A stretch of DNA of 64,000 bases from Planctomycetes bacterium UBA1146 (GTDB lineage: Bacteria > Planctomycetota > UBA8108 > UBA1146): positions 14,532-78,531 of the forward strand of contig DCAA01000006.1 of the NCBI GenBank assembly GCA_002311345.1, given 5' to 3'. A program made the position numbers and the translations under genes. Below, in pieces: positions 26,855 to 34,900 of this stretch (position 1 is the first letter of the stretch; each line of letters begins with the position of its first letter). The notes under the pieces were generated by a model. That model made no database searches, was not told where the DNA came from, and was given only the letters and a program-made list of their open reading frames with translations.

Positions 26855-27829
26855 TCACTGTTTCAGGATGACGATCGACAACAGCCACAGCGCATAGAGC
26901 AGCAGCAAGAAGAAGCCGAGACCATTCTGGAGGCGTGGCGATTTCATGGGGACCAGTAGCAGGCAGATCGAAATCGTCATGATGACCATCACCACCAGAT
27001 CCATCTGGATTTCACCGATTCGAATCTCGAGGGGGCTCACGATGGCGGCAGCCCCGACGATGGCGATGAAGTTGAACAGGTTTGATCCCAGCACGTTTCC
27101 GACGGCGATTTCTGAAGACCCCCTGCGGAACGCAGCAAGTGAGGCGAACAGTTCTGGAGCACCGGTGCCTGCTGCGACGATGGTGAGGCCGATGGTGCTC
27201 TCCTTTATGTCGAGCGATTTGGCGAGGGTGATGGCTCCATTGACGAGGAACTCACCTCCTATCCATAGTAGCAGGGTTCCCAGGATCAGAGACGTTGTCA
27301 CTTTGAGGGAACTCTCTCCGGTGGTCATCTCATCGACCTCTCGGAGGACTGAGGATTGTTTGCGTCCGGTCCTGTAGATGAGCAGCAGCAGGATCAAGAA
27401 AACGATCTCCAGCACGATTCCTACGCTCCATGTCAGAGTTGATATTCCGTCGGATCTCTGATCGAGGTAGAGAGGGATCAGAAGTGCCAGTGTCGATAGG
27501 ACCAGCAATTTTATTTCGAACGATCCGGCCTCGATCCGACTTTGCCGGTTCAAGATGAGTACCAATCCCAGCACCAGTCCGAGATTGAAAATGTTGGAAC
27601 CGACGATGTTGCCGATGGCGAGCCCCGAACTCTGCTCGAACTGAGCGATCACGCAGACGACCAGTTCCGGAAGAGAAGTTCCGGCAGCGACCACCGTGAT
27701 TCCTATGAAGAGGGGCGAGACCTTCATCCGTAGAGCAAGGTTTGCGGCCCCGGCGACCAGGAAATCCCCTCCCCAGGCCAGGATCGCAAGCCCTCCCAGC
27801 AGGCTCGCAACCGCCATTAGATTCTCCAC
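26855..27829 (-). CDS. Ca2+:cation antiporter of the CaCA family (YrbG-like Na+/Ca2+ exchanger).
   Basis: Two internally repeated alpha-repeat halves (GDFLVAGAANLA...GTSLPELVVCV and GGEFLVNGAITLA...GTGAPELFASL), which are typical of CaCA, with ~10 transmembrane segments. Confidence 0.75.
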   Translation of the reverse strand: MENLMAVASLLGGLAILAWGGDFLVAGAANLALRMKVSPLFIGITVVAAGTSLPELVVCVIAQFEQSSGLAIGNIVGSNIFNLGLVLGLVLILNRQSRIEAGSFEIKLLVLSTLALLIPLYLDQRSDGISTLTWSVGIVLEIVFLILLLLIYRTGRKQSSVLREVDEMTTGESSLKVTTSLILGTLLLWIGGEFLVNGAITLAKSLDIKESTIGLTIVAAGTGAPELFASLAAFRRGSSEIAVGNVLGSNLFNFIAIVGAAAIVSPLEIRIGEIQMDLVVMVIMTISICLLLVPMKSPRLQNGLGFFLLLLYALWLLSIVILKQ

Positions 27830-27839
27830 CGGTGCCTTT

Positions 27840-28982
27840 CTAGAAGGGGGCGAACAGGATGCTGAAGAAGGCTGTGACCGGTTCCTGTTCGCGAAGATCC
27901 TCGGTGGAGTCGCGCAGCAGGGTCAGGGTTTCTCGGGCATCCTGATACAACTGCTTGTCGGTGATGAGGCTGTACAAGGTACCAGGACCGGTTTCGATGG
28001 ACGAACTGATACTGGCGATGGATGAGACGGCATTATCCAGCTTCGTGGCGAGTTCCTTGTCGTGGAGAATGCGACTGAGTGATCCGGTGCCGGATTCTGT
28101 CAGTTGTTCGGAGGCGGCTCTCCAATTGGCCACGGTATCTCTCCAGGTCTCTTTGAAGGTCGCATCGTTGAGAATCATGCCGGCGAGACCATCGGTACCG
28201 GTCAGTTTCTCCGTGATCTTGTCGATCCTGTCGACAGCAGTCTCCACTTTTTCACGAGCAACTTGGTCCTTGAACAGCCAGCCTATCGTGCCCTTTCCGT
28301 CGTTGAACTCCTTCATCGCCAGATCGATTCGGCCCAGTACCGACTTGAACTGTTTGTGCTGATCCGAATCTTCCAGGAACAATGATCCCAGGATTCCATT
28401 TCCCTTGGAGAGATTGGTGGTGAGCATTTCCATATTTCTGACCGTGGTCAGGAAATTTTCCTTTGCCTCTGGGTCCTTCAGGAGACCGCCGAAGATGCCC
28501 TCTCCGGAGTCGAGTGCGGTCAGCAAACTATCGAGTGAAGCCAGGCCGTGCTCGATCCGCTCTCGATTTTCCCCCAGGATCTTGCCCACCATGCCCAGTA
28601 TGTCTCCTTCGGATTTCCCCCTCAGATTATCGATGGGGACCAGATCCCCTGTCCCCGGATCGTAGTGGAGGTAGGAACCACCCAGGGCACTTGCGGGCTT
28701 GACCAGGAAGGTGTGATCTTCTCGTGGACTGAGATCGCTGCTCAATTTGATACGCACGAGGGCGCGTCCACGATCCTGTTGCAGTTCGATCTTGTCGACG
28801 GCACCTGCCCTGAGGCCCCGGACCCGTACCGGATCACCGGGTCCCAGTCCTCCCACGTTCTCGAATCCGATCTCGAGTATCAGATCGGATCCGGTCGGGA
28901 ACTGTCGCAAGTAAAAGGTGAGTGCCCCGACCAGCGCCAGTGAGGCCAGAAAAATGACTCCGACGATGAAATCTCTTGTCAT
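27840..28982 (-). CDS. mlaD: MlaD/Mce-family substrate-binding protein with a long C-terminal helical extension.
   Basis: N-terminal transmembrane anchor, then an MCE domain (ILEIGFENVGGLGPGDPVRVRGLRAGAVDKIEL). At 380 aa it is about twice the size of E. coli MlaD. It overlaps the mlaF stop by 4 nt. Confidence 0.7.
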   Translation of the reverse strand: MTRDFIVGVIFLASLALVGALTFYLRQFPTGSDLILEIGFENVGGLGPGDPVRVRGLRAGAVDKIELQQDRGRALVRIKLSSDLSPREDHTFLVKPASALGGSYLHYDPGTGDLVPIDNLRGKSEGDILGMVGKILGENRERIEHGLASLDSLLTALDSGEGIFGGLLKDPEAKENFLTTVRNMEMLTTNLSKGNGILGSLFLEDSDQHKQFKSVLGRIDLAMKEFNDGKGTIGWLFKDQVAREKVETAVDRIDKITEKLTGTDGLAGMILNDATFKETWRDTVANWRAASEQLTESGTGSLSRILHDKELATKLDNAVSSIASISSSIETGPGTLYSLITDKQLYQDARETLTLLRDSTEDLREQEPVTAFFSILFAPF

Positions 28983-29776
28983 GATAGACCGCTCTCTTCC
29001 TTGTCTGGCTGGTCGGGCTCGAGTTGCTCGCTCGTCTCGCGGCCCAGTGGGCCTTCGACCAGTCCGTGAATGAATTGCTGTACTGCTGGATCGCTGGATT
29101 CCTGGATCTCATGTGAATTGCCGAGAGCGATCACCTTGCCTGCATGGAGCAAGGCGATGCGGTCGGCGACTTCGAAGGCGGAACGCATGTCGTGGGTCAC
29201 CACCACCTGTGTGATCCCCGTTCCGTGAAGTTTCTGGATGAGGCCATTGATGATGCTCGATGAGATCGGGTCGAGACCTGAAGTGGGTTCGTCGTGGAGC
29301 AAGATCTCCGGATGGCCGATGAGGGCACGGGCCAGTCCAGCGCGTTTTCTCATGCCACCCGAGATCTCGGAGGGCATTTTGTCACCATGCCCGTCCAGTT
29401 CGATTTCCGACAGGACCTCCTCGACTCGCTCCTGGATCTCCTTTTCCTTCATGGAGTGACGCTCACGAAGAGGAAGTCCGACGTTGTCAGCGATGGAGAG
29501 CCAGTTGAGCAGGGCCCCGTCCTGGAACAGATAACCGATCCTGCTGCGAATCTCGAGCAGAGCCGCCTGATGGCGAGCCGAGATCTCCTGGCCCAGTACC
29601 TCCACCCGGCCTTGATCGGCGGTCATCAGACCGACGATGTGTCTCAGGGTGACGCTCTTTCCGGTGCCGGAGCGTCCCAGGATGACCAGTGTTTCTCCCT
29701 GCTTTACCTCCAGGTCGAGTCCATCGAGGATCGTTCTACCACCGAGTTTCTTGTGGACATTTTCGAGGCGGATCAT
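28979..29776 (-). CDS. mlaF: ABC transporter ATP-binding protein, MlaF-like.
   Basis: The start is taken at internal MIRLENVHKKLGG (ATG 29774-29776, ATGA overlap with mlaE); the track ORF extends upstream through mlaE. It has Walker A (GRSGTGKS), an ABC signature (ISGGMRKRAGLARAL) and Walker B (LLHDEPTSGLD). Confidence 0.8.
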   Translation of the reverse strand: MIRLENVHKKLGGRTILDGLDLEVKQGETLVILGRSGTGKSVTLRHIVGLMTADQGRVEVLGQEISARHQAALLEIRSRIGYLFQDGALLNWLSIADNVGLPLRERHSMKEKEIQERVEEVLSEIELDGHGDKMPSEISGGMRKRAGLARALIGHPEILLHDEPTSGLDPISSSIINGLIQKLHGTGITQVVVTHDMRSAFEVADRIALLHAGKVIALGNSHEIQESSDPAVQQFIHGLVEGPLGRETSEQLEPDQPDKEESGLS

Positions 29777-30630
29777 GACAGAAAACTCCAGGAGATGTAG
29801 TAGCCCAGGATGATGACGAGAAGGAATGAGACGACCACTGATCTTCGAGCGGCCTGACCGACACCCGTGGCTCCGCCTCGGGTGAGGAGACCCTGAGTAC
29901 AACCAACGGTGGCGATGGTGATGCCGAACACGACCGACTTGAGCATCCCGGTGAACACATCCCGAAATTCCAGGCTCTCGAGTGCATCGGTGCGATATGC
30001 CAGCCACCCGACATCGAACTGGGAATTGGCGACCAGGCTACCTCCGAGGATTCCGATGAATGCCGCGAAGATGGTCATCACCGGAGTCACGAGAGTGAGA
30101 GCCACCATGCGTGGCAGCACCAGAAAGCGAATGGGGGGGATCGACATGATGCGAAGTGCGTCGATCTCCTCGGAGATCTTCATCGTGCCAATTTCTGCTG
30201 CGATTCCACTGCCGAGACTTGCGGTGAGGATGAGAGCGGTCATGAAGGGACCCATCTCGCGTATCATCGAGACGGCAACGATCGGCCCGATGAGACTTTC
30301 CTGCCCCAGCTCCTCCAGCGAATTACCGCCATTGAGCGCCAGGATCATACCGGTGAAGAGGGCGACCACGGAGGTGACGAGAAAAGACCCGATGCAGTAG
30401 CTGTAGCACAGATCGAGACTGTCACGGATCCGTCGGCGACTGAACAAGAAGGGCGTGTTCAACATCGTCCGGACGAGGAGGACCAGACCAAATCCGGTGG
30501 AATCAGCGCTACGCCGAAGGAAAGACAAGAGGGGAGCGATGTAGCGACCGATGAACACTCCCAGTTTCTCGACCAAACTTCTCATCCTGCTCCATCCCCG
30601 CGGCCGTGGTCGGCCGTTCCCCAGTTGCAA
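29773..30630 (-). CDS. mlaE: ABC transporter permease, MlaE-like.
   Basis: Polytopic permease with conserved MlaE-like segments (IAVSMIREMGPFMTALILTASLGSGIAAEIGTMKISEEIDALRIMSI). The start is either 30630 or the internal Met at ~30585. Confidence 0.75.
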   Translation of the reverse strand: MQLGNGRPRPRGWSRMRSLVEKLGVFIGRYIAPLLSFLRRSADSTGFGLVLLVRTMLNTPFLFSRRRIRDSLDLCYSYCIGSFLVTSVVALFTGMILALNGGNSLEELGQESLIGPIVAVSMIREMGPFMTALILTASLGSGIAAEIGTMKISEEIDALRIMSIPPIRFLVLPRMVALTLVTPVMTIFAAFIGILGGSLVANSQFDVGWLAYRTDALESLEFRDVFTGMLKSVVFGITIATVGCTQGLLTRGGATGVGQAARRSVVVSFLLVIILGYYISWSFLS

Positions 30631-30673
30631 GATCTGCGATCAACTTACCTCCGCGAGACGGGAGGTGATCTCC

Positions 30674-31987
30674 TCAGAGAGAAATGTACAGGAGACGCCA
30701 GCGAGAGTCATCCTGTCGGACGCCTCTCTCTCGTGAGAGAAGTCCACCCAGGACCGAGAAACCACCTTGTTCGGTGCCGCTTTCGGCGGTCAAGAGCCCC
30801 CAGAGAAGTTCCAGACCCCAGTAGTCTTGCTCCTGGCGCCATCGAAGGATTTGCCAGGCGCGCGAATGAGACCAGGAGATCCCGTCCTGGTCATCGAAGG
30901 GGAGGATCGCCGGGGCAGATCCTGTCTTGCGTCCACTGGCATCGGTCTCCCATCGTGCCAGCGGCCACAGCAGATAATTCGATCTCTTGCCTCGCTCGGG
31001 ATCCTCATCGGTGATGCTGCGCCAGATAGGAAAGAGACGCCGTACTTCTCGGCGCCGACCCGCCGCCTGCTGATCTTCCCACTGCCAGATGGGCCACAGG
31101 AAGAAGCCACTGCTGAGACCGGGTCGCTCATGTCTTCCCCAGATGGGGTAGAACTCGAGACGAGTCCATTCCCCCTTCCGTTTCCCGATGGTCCAGGGCA
31201 GCAGTGACCAACTCGATGTCTCGCTCCGAGAATCATGTTCTTCGGTCCATAGCGGGTAGAGGATCGTTCTTGCGATTCGAGATTTCGATTCGATCTTGCC
31301 ATAGAAGGGCCACAGCCACCTGGAGATGGTTGGATTGTCCGTATCGAGTTGAGTTCTCGTTTGGTGCCAGAAGGGCCACAGGATGTAGGTGGATTCGTCA
31401 CGCAATTTTCCATCGCTGGTGAAACCCCGACTGCGGGAATAAAAGGGAAAGACGCGCAGTCCCTGACGAAGAGGACCTTCCTCGATTTCGACGAAAGGAA
31501 ACAGCCAGTAGGTGGAGACCTGGTCTCTGTCGCGCAGTCGTGCCCACAGTGGGAACAGGACGAAGTCGATCCGATCCTTTCCCAGGATCCCCTTGATGGT
31601 TCCACCGAGCGGGGCAAATGCGAAGTAGTTCCCTTCTTCATCGTCGAATCCCCACAGGAAAAAGGGCAGCAAGAAGCCATCGATATCCTCGCTCCCATCG
31701 GTATGGGTGTAGGCCATCCGGTGGTAGAGGGGGATGAACCAGGTCTCCCGGACCCGCTCCTCGATTCGGTCGCGAAAGAAGGGGTAGAGCACCCGAATTT
31801 CTTCGCTATCGGGCGTCTTGCTATGAGAGAAGAAGGGCCAGAAGTGTTCCGATTCCCGCACGATTCCGCCAGCAAGTTGTTCGCTGCGTTCGATGTAAAA
31901 GGGAGGAAGCCCCCGATCGGCATCGACTGGGGTTACGCATCCTGAGACCAGGGTGCTGCAAAAGATGGTCGCCAGCAAGATCCTCAT
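30674..31987 (-). CDS. Lipoprotein built from ~16 tandem aromatic-Pro repeats, of unknown family.
   Basis: The start is taken at MRILLATIFCSTLVSGC, a lipobox, with ATG at 31985-31987 that overlaps the upstream stop by ATGA. A [LFY][WLFY]P[FLI][WFY] core recurs every ~22-27 aa: FWPFF, LYPFF, FIPLY, LLPFF, LFPLW, LFPFV, VFPFY, LWPFW, LWPFY, LYPLW, FYPIW, LWPIW, LFPIW, LLWPL. Confidence 0.6.
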   Translation of the reverse strand: MRILLATIFCSTLVSGCVTPVDADRGLPPFYIERSEQLAGGIVRESEHFWPFFSHSKTPDSEEIRVLYPFFRDRIEERVRETWFIPLYHRMAYTHTDGSEDIDGFLLPFFLWGFDDEEGNYFAFAPLGGTIKGILGKDRIDFVLFPLWARLRDRDQVSTYWLFPFVEIEEGPLRQGLRVFPFYSRSRGFTSDGKLRDESTYILWPFWHQTRTQLDTDNPTISRWLWPFYGKIESKSRIARTILYPLWTEEHDSRSETSSWSLLPWTIGKRKGEWTRLEFYPIWGRHERPGLSSGFFLWPIWQWEDQQAAGRRREVRRLFPIWRSITDEDPERGKRSNYLLWPLARWETDASGRKTGSAPAILPFDDQDGISWSHSRAWQILRWRQEQDYWGLELLWGLLTAESGTEQGGFSVLGGLLSRERGVRQDDSRWRLLYISL

Positions 31988-34900
31988 CGGTCCAACCGGA
32001 CGGGTAGCATCAGATCGGGGCAGCATCCTTCCCAGATCCGGTCGAGATCCCTGTGCAGAACCATCCCCGGAGTGAGAGCGAGATACTTGGTCGCGCCGCT
32101 GCCTGTATCATCGTCGGTGACGGCGATGCCGATTCTCATACGCATACCTGGCCAGGGTACGAAATCATCTTCACCTCTCTGTTCAGCGATGCCCTTCCAT
32201 GGGATTGTCATCTCGTAAACTGCTCCCGTTCCATCGGCTTTGCGAACCACGATGTGTTCCCCTTCTGGTCCATCTTCATCCTCATCCCTGAAGGGGGGAG
32301 GATCTTCTCCTGACTCATCTGTTTCTCCCTCCTCGGGAACCGGCTGAGGCCGCGGAGGTACGAAGGCCAGGGTCAACACCTGATCATCGCTACGTGGCCG
32401 AACCCCTCCATCGCCTTTCGTATCGAGTACAAGGATCAGGCAATCACCGATCCACCTCTTTGCGTCTCGGTCGTGGCTGGTGGTGTTATCGTCATCGATG
32501 TCCACGGCAATATGCAGCCCTTCTTCAGACCAGCCGAGGAAAACTCGACCGGAGAGGTCTGCCCGGTCTTGCCAGGGGATCCGTGGTTCGCCCGGCCCCT
32601 GTAGCCCCCGGATGAAGCGTGGCCTCTCGAGCGGAATGCCACGGGTAGCATTCCACGGCTCATCCAGTGATCCGTCGATGATGGGTGCGACCTGCATCCT
32701 GGCAATCTGGTGATCCTTTCGTGCCTCCAGGGCTTGTTGTCGCGCTGCTCCTTCGAGCATCCAACTGGCTGTGGCTCGCTGCAGCGGATCCATGTTCAGA
32801 TCGAGGATCGTACGCTCGATCAAGTCGATGGCCTTGTGCGACTCCTGCAAGTCGAGCAATCGAACGGCCTCATCTTTCCAGTTGGTTGACTCTTGCAGGG
32901 ATTTCCACGCCGTGATCTCTCGCTTACGTGCCGTGACAGAACGGAAACCTGCTGCACCACGGGATGAAACGGTGAAAAGCGTATCGCCGACCACTGATGC
33001 ATGGTGGAGCCGGCCGAGCGGTTTGATGTGGTCCGTCACTTCCTGGATTCCCTGGCGTGAGGTGAGCGGGGTACCGGTCGATCGATCGAGTATGGTCACC
33101 TCGCCCCGAAGTCGATCGGCCACCACGACCCAGTCTCCACGAGGCTGGAGATTCACCGAGTCATAGGCAGGAGCCAGTTGGTGCGTCCACTCCAGTTCCG
33201 CTTCCGGGATCGCCAGTAGAGACAGCCCGAGTGTCGATCTCAGTTTCAGTATGGTCCTCTTCTGGAAATCGCCGCACACCAGCAGTAGTTCATCTGCATC
33301 GATCTGGAGTGCCGTGATTCGACGACGTTCTTCGGAGAGGTGGCGTTGCCAGCCTACCTTTCCCGTCTTCATGTCGAGTCCGAGCAGGGTGGGTCGATCC
33401 GCCCTCCAGTACAACTCGCATACCAGTTGATCTTCCGAGGGTGAGGGGTGCATTTGCGAGATGATGTGGGGCAGGTCCGTGGTCCACAGGGTCTCTCCGT
33501 CATCGGAGTATCGACTCACGTTACCGCCTTCGAGCGCCACGATGAATCCCCCCGGAACCAACACAGGAGTCGAAGCGAGAGAAGCTGCTGCCTCCTCCAG
33601 TTTCAGCTGCTGGAGAATCTCACCATCCTCCATCGAGCGCAGTTCGACCATGTCAGGGATTGCATACCCGATGAGCAGTCGTTCATCCCGGATCACCGGG
33701 TCATCGAGCAGAGCACCCCTTCGAGGTTGCGTCCACAGTCTCTGGCCGCTTCTGGCATCGAAGGCGATGATGCGTTGATCTTCGGTGACGGTGATCAGGG
33801 TCCCTGCACCCGCACACGATTGCGCGATACGAATCTCCTGATCCGGAAGATCATCATCGGATCGGATCCGGTGACTCCAGGCAACAACGCCATCCTCGAG
33901 TTGCAATCTCCAGATCTTGGTTCGATCGTGGAAGATCAGACCTGTGTCATCGATGTGAACAGGTGCAGAAGGAAGATCTCTGCGTGAAAGGATGATGCTT
34001 CCTCTGATCTCGATCGGGTCTCGATTCAGATCAGTTCTCCACAACAGAACACCGTCGCGTGAGTCCAACAGTTGCGCAGATGAGCTGGTGAGGATCAACA
34101 CACGCGAGTCATCCTCGAAATGCTCGTTGCCAGAGAGGGGCCAGATCTCACTGGAGCGAGTCTGACCCAGTTCCAGTCTGCCACTCCAGGCACGATGAAG
34201 TGGAAGGCCCGGGTGGTTTCTGCGGACTTCAGGCAGTTTCGTGATTTCGTTGCGCAATTGCTGAAGTCGTTCCCCGAGGGTGACCGTTCGCTCGATTCCA
34301 TCGATGATCCGGGTCATGGGACGGTCTCCATCGGATCTATTCAGTTGTTCGATCTGATCGATGGCTTGTCTCAGGCGTCCCTGTTCACGCAGAACTTCAC
34401 ATCGCCTCAGTTTTCCGATCACGGCCTCGTCGCTATCCGGCTCACGAACGATCAACAGGTCGATCTGGTGGAGGCAGCGGTCCAGATCCCCGATGCGGTA
34501 ATAGGCTTCGGCAGCTTCCAGTCGCGCATTTCTTCCGGTAGCGCAGCCAGGTCGCATCAGAGCCAGAGTTTGCCAGCGAGCAGGTGAAGGAAAGTCTGCC
34601 AGTTCTCTGGCCTCAGCGACAGCGCGGACCTCACGCTGGGCAACTCTCTGCGGGCCCCCGGCGGCTCGATCCAGTTCTAGTAACAGGTGAGTGAAGGCGG
34701 CCTCTGCTGGCACCCAACTGTTGTTTCGAGATTCGACCAGTGTAGTCGCGAGTAGACGGGGCGATTCATCCAGCATCCTTGTGCAGATCAGGGTGGCACA
34801 GCCCAGTGCTCCGGCACGCAGCGAATGAACCGCACGCTGCCAGCCAGATGCGATTCGATCTGGCGGGTGCGATTCGGCACCGATGAGAGCGGATTCCAGC

